A DNA stretch of 64,000 nt. Origin: Candidatus Saccharimonadales bacterium. GTDB taxonomy: Bacteria; Patescibacteriota; Saccharimonadia; Saccharimonadales; JBBQAJ01. Position numbers and translations under genes: made by a program. The notes under the pieces are model-generated. The model was given only the letters and a program-made list of their open reading frames with translations. It was not told where the DNA came from and made no database searches. The stretch covers positions 67,925-131,924 of the forward strand of contig JBBRAK010000001.1 of the NCBI GenBank assembly GCA_038206875.1. The letters run 5' to 3'. Shown piece after piece: positions 18,224 through 27,840 of the stretch (its first letter is position 1; each line of letters opens with the position of its first letter).

Positions 18224-19312
18224 ATGAGTGAAAAGGAGCGGCAAAGACGCTGGAAATTGGCGTTAACAATTGTAACCATTTTGGCATTGGGTCTTCTGGC
18301 ATATGCCGTGCGACAGCAATTAGCTGATACATTGGAAAATCTTGGCAGTGTAAATACTTTTTTAGTGCTTTTGGTAATTCCACTGGAGCTATTAAATCAT
18401 CTGGCGCAAGGAAAACTATACCAGGGGCTTTTCAGAGTTATGGGGGAGCGTTTTCGTACTCGGTCAATGATGCGCCTAAGTCTGGAGTTGAATCTAGTAA
18501 ATAGCGTGTTTCCCAGTGGGGGCGTAAGCGGGTTTTCTTATCTAAGCATCAGATTAAAGAGCGAAAAGATTTCTACCGCCCAAGCTACATTGGTGCAATT
18601 GATGAGATTTATTTTGATATTCGTGGCATTTCAAATATTGCTATTTTTAGGACTGCTTTCGTTAGCAATTGGCGGTCAGGCAAATGATTTGATTCTCCTT
18701 GTGGCGGGTTCATTGGCGACTTTACTATTAATGGGCACTTTTGTTTTGGCGTTTATTGTAGGTAGCAAAACCCGGATTGATAAATTTTTTACTAGCATCA
18801 CAAGATTGTTAAACCGTCTTATACATATATTCAGACGGAAAAATCCAGAAACATTCAACATAGAAATAGCGCGCAATACTTTTCACGAATTGCATGAAAA
18901 CTATATGCATATCAGGCGCAATCTCCAAGTGCTCCGCAAGCCGTTACTGTATGCGCTTTTTGCCAGTATTACCGAAATCGCTGCTATATTTGTGGTATAT
19001 TTGGCGTTTGGTAAAGTAGTGAACCCTGGAGCAATAATTTTGGCTTATGCTGTAGCAAATTTTGCCGGACTTGTATCTATTCTGCCAGGCGGAATTGGAA
19101 TATATGAAGCTCTAATGACTGCTGTTTTGGCGGCTGGTGGTGTTCCGGCTGCTCTTAGTTTGCCGGTAACTATTATGTATCGCGTGGTCAACATGTCGGC
19201 ACAATTGCCACCAGGATATTATTTTTACCACAGGAATTTGCATGCTGACACATCTGCCGAAGAGATAAAAGAATCCATAAAACTAGAACCAAAAACGAAA
19301 TCACAAAAATAA
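18224..19312 (+). CDS. UPF0104 / lysylphosphatidylglycerol-synthase-TM-like (flippase-like) membrane protein
   Basis: Basic N-terminus (SEKERQRRWK) then 6-8 TM helices; the architecture is typical of the family. SD AAAAGGAG precedes the start. Confidence 0.6.
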   Translation: MSEKERQRRWKLALTIVTILALGLLAYAVRQQLADTLENLGSVNTFLVLLVIPLELLNHLAQGKLYQGLFRVMGERFRTRSMMRLSLELNLVNSVFPSGGVSGFSYLSIRLKSEKISTAQATLVQLMRFILIFVAFQILLFLGLLSLAIGGQANDLILLVAGSLATLLLMGTFVLAFIVGSKTRIDKFFTSITRLLNRLIHIFRRKNPETFNIEIARNTFHELHENYMHIRRNLQVLRKPLLYALFASITEIAAIFVVYLAFGKVVNPGAIILAYAVANFAGLVSILPGGIGIYEALMTAVLAAGGVPAALSLPVTIMYRVVNMSAQLPPGYYFYHRNLHADTSAEEIKESIKLEPKTKSQK

Positions 19313-19354
19313 CACTTCAAAAGGTCCGACCTTTTACAGAGGGGGGAAATGTGA
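19299..19354. repeat. 55-nt dispersed repeat, copy 1 (hairpin AAAAGGT-CCG-ACCTTTT plus ATG-TGA start-stop)
   Basis: About 90% identical to 51487-51543. Shared core: tcacaaaa..acacttcaaaaggtccgaccttttacagagRgggRaaATGTGA. Confidence 0.5.
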
Positions 19355-19364
19355 ATTGGCTGAA

Positions 19365-20513
19365 ATGGGGGGAATTGATAGAGTGGATGACATGCAGGAG
19401 ATAGTATTTTCGCCGAGTGATTTTGTAGCGGTTTTGAACCAGACATTGGATTTTGCGTACCCAATCGTTACTATCGAAGGCGAGCTGGCAAATTTGCGAG
19501 TCAGTCGTGGCAAATGGGTGTATTTTGACGTAAAAGACGACCAGGCTAGTGTGAAATGTTTCGGCACTGTATATATGCTTCCAGGACCACTCGAAGAAGG
19601 CATGATAGTGCGGATTGCGGCAAATCCGCGCATGCACCCTCTATATAACTTTAGCCTAAATTTGCAGTCAGTATTACCGGTGGGCGAAGGCAGTATAAAG
19701 CGCGCTTCTGATTTGCTTTTTAAAAAACTGGACAAAGAAGGTTTGTTTGATGATTCGCGCAAACGTCCAATACCATACTCTCCACAAGCGATTGGCCTAA
19801 TCGCTTCCCAAGAATCTGCAGCCTATGCTGATTTTGTAAAAATCCTTGGTGCTCGTTGGGGAGGGGTAAAAATAAGCCACTATGACGTTCAGGTGCAGGG
19901 AGAGCCGGCAATTGAAAGTATAGTCCAGGCGATCAACCACATTAATCAAATGCCCTTGTTGCCTGAAGTTTTGGTAATCACACGCGGAGGGGGAAGTGCT
20001 GATGATTTGGCGGTTTTTAGTAGTGAACAAATAGTTCGGGCAATAGCCGGAAGCCGTATTCCAACTGTTGTAGCGATCGGTCACGAAATAGACACTAGTT
20101 TGGCTGAGCTTGTAGCTGATTTGCGTGCTAGTACGCCGTCAAATGCTGCCGAGCTGTTGGTGCCAGACAAAAAGCATATGCTGACATTGCTCAAACAATC
20201 CAATGCACAACTATCAACTGCTCTGAAAAGTCTTTTCAAATCACAGCTAGAATATTTCCGAAAAGTGACTTTGGACATGGTAAACAGAGTGGATACTGTG
20301 TATATAAATAGCGTTGAGATGTTACAAAAAAAGTCCCAGATACTTGATATCCTAAACCCACAATCGGCTTTGAGCCGAGGCTATGCAATAGTTAGAATGA
20401 ACGGCGTCGCAGTAAAAACAATAAAAAAACTGCGCGTGGGTGATGATGTTTCTCTTGAAGTTGGTGATGGCAATGCTCAAGCAACGATAAATAAGGTAAG
20501 CTATAAGGCATGA
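19365..20513 (+). CDS. xseA: exodeoxyribonuclease VII large subunit
   Basis: OB-fold N-terminus (PIVTIEGELANLRVSRGKWVYFDVKD), a catalytic core and a C-terminal coiled coil. Start uncertain (TTG 19356, ATG 19365, ATG 19392). Confidence 0.88.
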   Translation: MGGIDRVDDMQEIVFSPSDFVAVLNQTLDFAYPIVTIEGELANLRVSRGKWVYFDVKDDQASVKCFGTVYMLPGPLEEGMIVRIAANPRMHPLYNFSLNLQSVLPVGEGSIKRASDLLFKKLDKEGLFDDSRKRPIPYSPQAIGLIASQESAAYADFVKILGARWGGVKISHYDVQVQGEPAIESIVQAINHINQMPLLPEVLVITRGGGSADDLAVFSSEQIVRAIAGSRIPTVVAIGHEIDTSLAELVADLRASTPSNAAELLVPDKKHMLTLLKQSNAQLSTALKSLFKSQLEYFRKVTLDMVNRVDTVYINSVEMLQKKSQILDILNPQSALSRGYAIVRMNGVAVKTIKKLRVGDDVSLEVGDGNAQATINKVSYKA

Positions 20514-20695
20514 CAACTATAAAATCTTATACGCAAATGCAGACAGAGCTCGACGATGTTCTGGAACAACTGCAATCTGATGGTTTGGACATAGACAAAG
20601 CTTTGGATTTGTACAAAAAGGGCCAAAAGCTGGTCGAACAACTGGAAAACTACCTAAAAACAGCCAAAAACAAAATAGAACACATCAAACAATGA
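20510..20695 (+). CDS. xseB: exodeoxyribonuclease VII small subunit
   Basis: 61-aa helical protein. ATGA start overlaps the xseA stop. ELDDVLEQLQSD..LDIDKALDLYKKG is typical of XseB. Confidence 0.85.
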   Translation: MTTIKSYTQMQTELDDVLEQLQSDGLDIDKALDLYKKGQKLVEQLENYLKTAKNKIEHIKQ

Positions 20696-21192
20696 CCTGG
20701 CTGATTTTGCTTGGAGTGTTTTTTGTTTTGATATTTAGTTTTGTAATTGCTTTTGGGGCGCCTTTTTTGCCGACTTTGAAAGCCCGTACACCAGATATTT
20801 TCAACTTATTAGACATGAAACCAGGTCAATCATTGTTGGAACTGGGAAGTGGGGATGGGCGAATATTGCGTGCTGCAGCTGAGCGCAAAATATACGCCAT
20901 CGGCTATGAGCTGAACCCTGTCTTGGTAGTTTGGAGCATGCTTATAAACTGGAAATATCGCAAATATATCAAAGTTCATTGGGGAAATTATTGGAGAGTG
21001 AAGCTGCCTGTAACAGATGCAATTTACGTATTTCTACTGAATCCTTATATGAAAAAGTTGGATACAAAAATTACGCTGGAGATGAAATCTAGGAAGACTG
21101 TTTCTCTAAAGGTTTGTAGTTTTGCTTTTCAGATTCCGGGCAAAAAACCTGTCAAGGAATTGAACGGACTATACCTGTATAAGTATAATTAA
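20692..21192 (+). CDS. membrane-anchored class I SAM-dependent methyltransferase (small)
   Basis: N-terminal TM helix. Motif I LELGSGDGRIL with an acidic motif II (GYELNP). 166 aa. Confidence 0.6.
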   Translation: MTWLILLGVFFVLIFSFVIAFGAPFLPTLKARTPDIFNLLDMKPGQSLLELGSGDGRILRAAAERKIYAIGYELNPVLVVWSMLINWKYRKYIKVHWGNYWRVKLPVTDAIYVFLLNPYMKKLDTKITLEMKSRKTVSLKVCSFAFQIPGKKPVKELNGLYLYKYN

Positions 21193-21204
21193 TCCCAAAA
21201 CACG

Positions 21205-21972
21205 TTGAATTCTAACGCTAACTCCGTTAACATTAGCGGTATGCCACCGCAACAGCATAATCAACCATTTCAACCATACCCGGTATCACCCGAGCCAATA
21301 GAGGCGCACTCTATGAAGGCTAAAAAGTCTAAAAAATCTCTGATTTTGTTGATATCGCTTATTTTGTGCGTGCTTTTGCTACTTGGGGCTTTGGGATTTG
21401 GTTATTGGGCGTATAGCTCTCAGCAAGACTATAAAAACAATTCAGACAAAAAATCTGATGCAGCCGTAACGATTGCAGTAGAAAAAGAATCAACCAGAAA
21501 AGACAACGAATTTACTGAAAAAGAAAAAAATCCGCTGAAAACCTACCTTGGTCCAGCGGCATTCGGCAGTATTGAAATTCAATATCCAAAAACCTGGAGT
21601 GCGTTCGTGACCGAAACTGACAAAGGTGCAAGACCAATAAATGGGTTTTTTCACCCTAGTTTTGTTCCAGATACACAGGGACAAACGGCATTTGCGCTAC
21701 GACTGGAGGTGACAAATCAATCATTTGAACAGGAAATGAAACAGTACGACTCCAAGGTAAAGGCAGGAAAAGTCACAGTTACGCCATATAGTGCAAAAAA
21801 CGTACCGGGCACCCCAGGCGCGAGAGTGACTGGAGAACTAAGCCAAGACAAGCAAGGAGTCATGGTTGTACTACCAAGCAGGGATAAAACCATAAAAATA
21901 TATACAGAATCACAACAGTTTGTAGGTGATTTTGACAATATAATATTAGCCAACCTGAAGTTTGTTCCGTAG
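21205..21972 (+). CDS. hypothetical membrane-anchored protein
   Basis: Q/P-rich N-terminus, one TM (LILLISLILCVLLLLGALGF) and an extracytoplasmic domain of unknown fold. Confidence 0.4.
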   Translation: MNSNANSVNISGMPPQQHNQPFQPYPVSPEPIEAHSMKAKKSKKSLILLISLILCVLLLLGALGFGYWAYSSQQDYKNNSDKKSDAAVTIAVEKESTRKDNEFTEKEKNPLKTYLGPAAFGSIEIQYPKTWSAFVTETDKGARPINGFFHPSFVPDTQGQTAFALRLEVTNQSFEQEMKQYDSKVKAGKVTVTPYSAKNVPGTPGARVTGELSQDKQGVMVVLPSRDKTIKIYTESQQFVGDFDNIILANLKFVP

Positions 21973-22027
21973 AAGTTTGTTGTTCAATGATGGTATAATT
22001 TCTGGTATGTAAGGCGAGGGAAGTGCC

Positions 22028-22726
22028 TTGGTATATGGGAGCCCAGAAGATCAATTATTTACGGCACTAGCAGAACAGCTAAAAGTGCCGTTACTTCAAA
22101 TTGCACGACTGAGTGAACTAGCAGGGGAGTCACAACTTCCTAGGATTTCGGCAGTCAGCGAGCATGCTCTGCGACTAGTAGATGCATATTCTCAGGCCCA
22201 CTCCCAGAATCAAGTCAAACTACTACTAGAGCCAGTTACCTCTAGTGCTATTTTGTATGATGTAGCAGTAGCTTTGCAGCCGTTTGCCAAACAGTGGGAC
22301 TACACTTTAGAAATTGATCAACAGGGCAGAGGCGTGCCAATAATGGCACATAGAGACAGCCTACGGACCATGTTGACCCTGCTTGGCGCGAGCTTGATTG
22401 AAGCCAGCGCAGATGACTTGGACATACCACGACATCTAGTCCTTGGAACACACAGTAGCTCCCGCGGAATTGTGGTTGGGGCGTTTAGTAGTCATTTGGG
22501 TCTTTCACAGCGCGCACTGCAACTCACTAGAGAGCTTCACGGTAGGGCAACTCAAGTTGTTCCGTCACTGGGGCTTACGGGAGGTGCTGGGCTAGCGATA
22601 GCAGATAAATTGAGCGAACAGATACACGCACCGCTTAGAGCATATCGTCACCGCACGCTTTCAGGCATAGGCAGTTTGTTACCGCCCAGTCATCAACTAC
22701 AATTATTAGAACTCGTCCAAGCATAG
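22028..22726 (+). CDS. degenerate histidine-kinase-like ATPase (HATPase_c-like), soluble
   Basis: VKLLLEPVTSSAILYDVAVALQPFA...AHRDSLRTMLTLLGASLIEAS aligns with the region before the N-box, but the N-box Asn is lost. A G2-like box (GGAGLAIA) is present. No TM and no canonical H-box. TTG start. GC is higher than the surroundings. Confidence 0.45.
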   Translation: MVYGSPEDQLFTALAEQLKVPLLQIARLSELAGESQLPRISAVSEHALRLVDAYSQAHSQNQVKLLLEPVTSSAILYDVAVALQPFAKQWDYTLEIDQQGRGVPIMAHRDSLRTMLTLLGASLIEASADDLDIPRHLVLGTHSSSRGIVVGAFSSHLGLSQRALQLTRELHGRATQVVPSLGLTGGAGLAIADKLSEQIHAPLRAYRHRTLSGIGSLLPPSHQLQLLELVQA

Positions 22727-22862
22727 CTTTACTGCCATAAACTGGCAGATTCTTGACTGCAAATCCAGCATCACTCGTCAACATAACTATGGTTATGCTT
22801 CCTTGCGCTACTGTATTTTCGTCCAAGAATTGCTCGGTTTCTGACCAGTAAATTATGCTAAG

Positions 22863-23264
22863 ATGAGTTCTGAAGTGAAAATTTTGCTTGTGGAACCAGA
22901 CCAAATTTTGGGAGGCGCAGTTCAGTCCGCACTACAGGACACTAATTATGATGTGGTTTGGAAGCGCACTGCTCAAACAGCGCTCGACGAACTGGATGAA
23001 TCCTCTTCTGGTGGTCTACCGGATTTGATAATTCTGGAACTACAGTTGGGCGTGCATAACGGAATTGAGTTTTTGTACGAAATCGCGTCATACCCAGAAT
23101 GGCAACACATACCGGTCATTGTGCATACTATAAACGCTAAAGCACAGGATGAAATATTTGGTGCGTCATTTGAGCAACTCAAAGTAAAAGCTGTGTTATA
23201 CAAACCAAAAACTAGCACAATGCAGTTGGTTCAGGCTGTAAATCAATTTGCGTTGGTGTCGTGA
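22863..23264 (+). CDS. atypical single-domain receiver (pseudo-receiver) with Glu at the phospho-acceptor position
   Basis: Receiver fold with conserved Thr (VHTINA) and Lys (YKPK). The acceptor position reads LIILELQLG (Glu instead of Asp) and the acidic pocket reads VEPD. Confidence 0.6.
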   Translation: MSSEVKILLVEPDQILGGAVQSALQDTNYDVVWKRTAQTALDELDESSSGGLPDLIILELQLGVHNGIEFLYEIASYPEWQHIPVIVHTINAKAQDEIFGASFEQLKVKAVLYKPKTSTMQLVQAVNQFALVS

Positions 23265-23953
23265 AACAAACTATTACCAGAGCTGTAGTGTTGACCAGAA
23301 CTAATTATCAAGAAGCTGACAGGATATTGACTTTACTCACGCCAGAACATGGAAAAGTAAGTGTTCTTGCCAAAGGCGTACGTAAAAGTAAATCCAAAAT
23401 GGCAGGGGGAATTGAACTATTTAGCGTCTCGGAAATCGGTTACATCCAGGGCAAAGGAACGCTCTGCACACTAACTACTTCTAGATTGATAAAATATTAT
23501 GAAAACATTGCCCAAGACATAGACAGGACTATGCTGGGCTACGAACTGATTAAACTTTTGCACAAAGTTACCGAAGACCAACCAGAGCAAGAATATTTTG
23601 AACTTTTAATTGAAGCGTATGAGGCTCTAAATAACTCCAAAATTGATAAAAACCTAGTCAAATTATGGTTTTACTCTCAATTGCTACGAATAGCTGGTCA
23701 CACGCCTAGCTTGCGCAGTGACTCGGCCGGAAAGCCACTTAATAAAGACGATAAATATGTGTTTTCGTATGATGATATGGCATTTAGTCCTAGCCGGGAA
23801 GGAGTTTATCAGGCAGAGCACATAAAATTTCTACGACTAGTCTTTAGCGGTAACAAACCAGAAATTCTACAAAAAGTAACGGGGGTTGAAAAACTAATTA
23901 AGCCCGTCCAAGCTCTAATTCAAACGATACTCCCAAATCATGTGAGAACTTAG
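23261..23953 (+). CDS. recO: DNA repair protein RecO
   Basis: N-terminal OB fold (AVVLTRTNYQEADRILTLLTPEHGKVSVLAKG) and 230 aa length are typical of RecO. Start overlaps the upstream stop. Confidence 0.85.
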   Translation: MKQTITRAVVLTRTNYQEADRILTLLTPEHGKVSVLAKGVRKSKSKMAGGIELFSVSEIGYIQGKGTLCTLTTSRLIKYYENIAQDIDRTMLGYELIKLLHKVTEDQPEQEYFELLIEAYEALNNSKIDKNLVKLWFYSQLLRIAGHTPSLRSDSAGKPLNKDDKYVFSYDDMAFSPSREGVYQAEHIKFLRLVFSGNKPEILQKVTGVEKLIKPVQALIQTILPNHVRT

Positions 23954-24031
23954 GGGTACGGCACTATTGACATACGTATTGTAATGTGATAGTATGTAAA
24001 TTGTGAAAAGCAAATACAACAAGGAAACAAA

Positions 24032-24325
24032 ATGTTAAGTCCTAAAAGTTATGACAGAATAAACGGTAAAGCGGCGGTTGATGATTTAATCGAAGCTCGT
24101 CTTGCACAGCATGAACTTGGAGAGGCGCGTAAAAAAACAAAAGCTGATATACTCGGAAAAGTGGCTTCAGACGCTAATATTGTGACAGTTGATGGTGCAC
24201 ATCAAGCGACAGTAGAAACCCAAGCCATTACTGGGGAGCACCCTGCGGTTGCCAGACTCGAAGCAATCACTAGCGAGATTCCGGTTATCACACCCCAAGA
24301 CAATACTGGCGAACACCCAGCATAG
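24032..24325 (+). CDS. small hypothetical protein with TGEHPA repeats
   Basis: 97 aa. ITGEHPA occurs twice. SD AAGGAAACAAA precedes the ATG. Confidence 0.3.
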   Translation: MLSPKSYDRINGKAAVDDLIEARLAQHELGEARKKTKADILGKVASDANIVTVDGAHQATVETQAITGEHPAVARLEAITSEIPVITPQDNTGEHPA

Positions 24326-24368
24326 GCACTATACGTACAGATAGGTTTCAGATATAATCACTCGTAAT

Positions 24369-25745
24369 ATGAGTGAAGTAAAGCTAGAAGATATTGTTTC
24401 GCTATGCAAACGCAGGGGATTTATTTTTCCTGGGTCAGATGTGTATGGTGGTTTGAGTGGTACCTGGGACTACGGTCCGTTGGGGCTCGCTCTCAAGAAA
24501 AACATTATGAACTTGTGGTGGAAGATGTTTGTAGATGACCGCGACGACATGTACGGAGTAGATGCAGCGATACTTATGAATCAAAAAGTCTGGCAAGCCA
24601 GCGGTCACGTAGATACATTTACCGACCCGCTAGTGGAATGTAGTAACTGCAAAGCACGCCTCAGAGCCGATCATATAGAAGGCGATGCATGTCCAGTTTG
24701 CGGTAAAGACAAAACACTTAGTAAACCACGCGATTTTAATATGATGTTTGAAACCGTTGCAGGTCCAACGGGGCAAATAATGTCGTATGAAGGTGGCGAA
24801 TCAATGAGCTTTGCGGATGGAAGTCCCATGGCCTATGCGGAATCCGGAAAGGCAAATCTCATTTACCTGCGTCCAGAAACGGCACAGGGGATATTTACTA
24901 ACTACAAAAATGTTGTAGATGCGTTCTACCCAGACGTGCCATTTGGCATTGCTCAGCAGGGAAAAGCGTTTCGAAATGAGATATCTCCACGTGACTTTGT
25001 GTTTCGTAGCAGGGAGTTTGAACAGATGGAGATAGAGTATTTTGTACATCCTGACAATTGGGAAAAAGAATTTGATAATTGGGTAAAAAACGTATACAAG
25101 TTTCTAGACGCAATTGGTGTGCCAAAAGACAAAATTCATGAAACTGAAGTACCAGAAGCCGACCGCGCACACTACAGCAAACGTACAATTGACTTTGAAT
25201 TTGACTTTCCGCACCGCAAAGATGAGTTACTTGGGCTGGCTTATCGCACGGATTTTGACCTGCAAAACATCCAAAAAGCTTCAGGCAAAAATATGGAATA
25301 CCGACCAAAAGACGGTAGTAATGCATACGTACCACATGTGATTGAACCAAGCTTTGGAGTGGAACGGGCAATTATGGCAGTACTGGTTTCTGCATATGCT
25401 GAGGATGAGCAAAACGGAGAAAAGCGTACGTATTTGAAGCTGCCAGCCAACATCGCTCCTGTAAAAGTTGCCGTAAGCCCACTGCTAAAAAACAAACCAG
25501 AACTAGTAGCCAAGGCTAGGGAAGTCTACGAAATGCTCAAAAAAGAGCTTGGAAACGTCATGTATGACGACAACGGCAACATAGGCAAAAGATACCGCAG
25601 GCAAGACGAAATAGGCACCCCCTACTGCGTAGTAGTAGACTTCGATACCCTAGAGGACGACACTGTAACAGTCCGCAACCGCGACACCACCAAACAAGAC
25701 CGCATCAAAATCAAAGACCTTATATTTACAATTGAACCAAGATGA
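24369..25745 (+). CDS. glyQS: glycyl-tRNA synthetase (dimeric class II, GlyQS type)
   Basis: IVSLCKRRGFIFPGSDVYGGLSGTWDYGPLG and the class II motifs. 458 aa. Confidence 0.93.
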   Translation: MSEVKLEDIVSLCKRRGFIFPGSDVYGGLSGTWDYGPLGLALKKNIMNLWWKMFVDDRDDMYGVDAAILMNQKVWQASGHVDTFTDPLVECSNCKARLRADHIEGDACPVCGKDKTLSKPRDFNMMFETVAGPTGQIMSYEGGESMSFADGSPMAYAESGKANLIYLRPETAQGIFTNYKNVVDAFYPDVPFGIAQQGKAFRNEISPRDFVFRSREFEQMEIEYFVHPDNWEKEFDNWVKNVYKFLDAIGVPKDKIHETEVPEADRAHYSKRTIDFEFDFPHRKDELLGLAYRTDFDLQNIQKASGKNMEYRPKDGSNAYVPHVIEPSFGVERAIMAVLVSAYAEDEQNGEKRTYLKLPANIAPVKVAVSPLLKNKPELVAKAREVYEMLKKELGNVMYDDNGNIGKRYRRQDEIGTPYCVVVDFDTLEDDTVTVRNRDTTKQDRIKIKDLIFTIEPR

Positions 25746-26308
25746 AAAAGTTTGTTTTTGTAAGACATGGGCAGAGCACTGCCAATGCCAACAAAACCAT
25801 AGCAGTGGATGATACGCCCCTAACTGACTTGGGCATTGAACAAGCAAAAATTACGGCTATGGAAATCGCCAAACTAAATATTAAAACTATAGTCTGTTCG
25901 CCATTGCGAAGAGCCAGACAAACGGCGGAAACAATTGCAACTGCTCTAGGTATAAATCAAGGCGAAATAAAAATCATTGATGAATTAAGAGAAAGAGGTT
26001 TGGGCGATTTAAAAGGTAGAAAAAAGCAGCATGATTCAAACTATTACTATGTCGTAAATAATGAGCATAACGTGGAAGCGCATGATATAACTACTGCGAG
26101 AGTGAAAACAGCTCTTAAAAAAATTGAAACAGTAGCGCGCGTAGACTCGGTCCTTGTAGTTGGACATGCAATATCGGGCTATTTTTTGCTTGAGGTTGCT
26201 AGCGGCAGAAAAGATTATTCAGAGTTTGAACCCCCTGAGGAAATTATGAACGCCAATTTTATCATTGTAGACTTAGACAGGCACAATTTAAAAACGATTG
26301 AAGAATAA
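25742..26308 (+). CDS. histidine phosphatase family (phosphoglycerate-mutase-like) protein
   Basis: RHG catalytic motif (FVRHGQSTAN), a second His (VVGHA). 188 aa. Confidence 0.8.
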   Translation: MKKFVFVRHGQSTANANKTIAVDDTPLTDLGIEQAKITAMEIAKLNIKTIVCSPLRRARQTAETIATALGINQGEIKIIDELRERGLGDLKGRKKQHDSNYYYVVNNEHNVEAHDITTARVKTALKKIETVARVDSVLVVGHAISGYFLLEVASGRKDYSEFEPPEEIMNANFIIVDLDRHNLKTIEE

Positions 26309-26331
26309 ACAACTGGTACAATTGAATCAAG

Positions 26332-26886
26332 ATGACGGATAGTATTTTTAGACATTTTGTGTTGATTGCATTTGTTATATATTGGTCTGTTGTGTTGATT
26401 ATGATTCGTAAATGGTGGGGAGGTAGACACTTAACGATTAGTTTGCATGCTTCTACAAACGCTACGACTCGAAAGTTGTTTGCTGTGTTGGTTATTTTGG
26501 AGACTATTCTGTATCTGTTGTTTTTATTTAAGTGGTTTATACCATACTATGGGATGCCCTATGTGTTTGGAGTTTTGGTCATACTTACTTTGGGAGGGCA
26601 CTTCGTAGCCGGAATAATTCCGGAGACTAGGGGACTAAGTAAAACAATTCATAGGTGGGCATCGTATTGGTCGGTGGCTTTGTTTGTACCAGAATTGATA
26701 ATAATCGGCATGACACCTAGTATCTCGCCAATTGTCAGAACGATTGCACTAGTTTTTTCTGTTGTTTTGATTTGGGCATGGTATATGTTTTTGTTTAAGT
26801 ACAACAGACGTGAAGACATACTCAACCAAGCACTCTACATCAGCTCTTTGCCAGTTGTTTTGATTTTGTCTGCTTACGTTCGTTGA
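26332..26886 (+). CDS. hypothetical integral membrane protein (4-5 TM)
   Basis: Hydrophobic throughout; no motif recognised. Confidence 0.4.
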   Translation: MTDSIFRHFVLIAFVIYWSVVLIMIRKWWGGRHLTISLHASTNATTRKLFAVLVILETILYLLFLFKWFIPYYGMPYVFGVLVILTLGGHFVAGIIPETRGLSKTIHRWASYWSVALFVPELIIIGMTPSISPIVRTIALVFSVVLIWAWYMFLFKYNRREDILNQALYISSLPVVLILSAYVR

Positions 26887-26981
26887 TTGATGCGATAAGC
26901 AAATTTGTTCATATGGAAGTTTATACTGCTTTTGTTTAGAGCGTTTGCAGAGAGTATGATTCTATAAGAAATTGAATTTTT

Positions 26982-27323
26982 ATGGGAAACGATACAAGGG
27001 AAAAACACGCAGATTTAGAAGTATTGTCGGTGTTCGCAAATGCGGTTTTTGAAGAATGCCCTGACAATGGACTTACTTGGTGGGAGTTTTCTCATTCTTC
27101 GGCACTTGATGACTATGATGGCCCCGATGTATCTACTGTATACGGTCTGCTCGAAGAGGCTAAATTGCTAGAAGCAGTTCCCGTGACATCAACTCAGCAC
27201 GAAGTCAATGCAAAAAACTCTGGTGAGCGTTTGCACCCAGGCGTAAAAGTGGTAAGAATTACAGAAAAGGGAATGAAATATTTTGGAAATCTGATTTCAA
27301 AAGAGCTCCAAGACAGCAAATAA
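26982..27323 (+). CDS. hypothetical protein
   Basis: 113 aa, acidic, no motif recognised. Confidence 0.35.
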   Translation: MGNDTREKHADLEVLSVFANAVFEECPDNGLTWWEFSHSSALDDYDGPDVSTVYGLLEEAKLLEAVPVTSTQHEVNAKNSGERLHPGVKVVRITEKGMKYFGNLISKELQDSK

Positions 27324-27396
27324 ACCTCAGTGCTACATCGAACCAATACGAAATGCTATTGCTTGCATAAAATTTGAAACAAACTAAGGTAGTAGG

Positions 27397-27810
27397 ATGG
27401 CCTTTTTGGAAACAGGAGTATTTTGTAGCGCTGCAGAATATAATCGAAACACACCAACACGAGCAAACGAACAGAGTATGGGTGCAGATGATATATATAA
27501 TCTTGCTGTATTGTTAGAAAGCGAATCAAGACCTGCTGCAAAGCTAGCAGTTCAAACGCAAGGGATTTCACATGGGGCGGGTTTTGTGGCCGTGCGTTTT
27601 GCATTTCTAGACGGAAATTTAAAACCAACAATTCAAACGGAACAAGTACTGAGCAACGGCTTTATCGATACATTCAGCGGAATTAACATAATAGCTTCTG
27701 GCACAACAGAGAGTTACAATATTGCCCAAGCATATTTCAAAGATTTTTTTGACGACCAATTAATCGAAGCACTGGCTCAAAGTACCGAGCTTGAAACTGC
27801 GGGCGTGTAA
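27397..27810 (+). CDS. hypothetical protein
   Basis: 137 aa. SD AAGGTAGTAGG precedes the start. No motif recognised. Confidence 0.35.
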   Translation: MAFLETGVFCSAAEYNRNTPTRANEQSMGADDIYNLAVLLESESRPAAKLAVQTQGISHGAGFVAVRFAFLDGNLKPTIQTEQVLSNGFIDTFSGINIIASGTTESYNIAQAYFKDFFDDQLIEALAQSTELETAGV

Positions 27811-27840
27811 AACGGGTAGAATAAGAACCACGAAAAGCAA

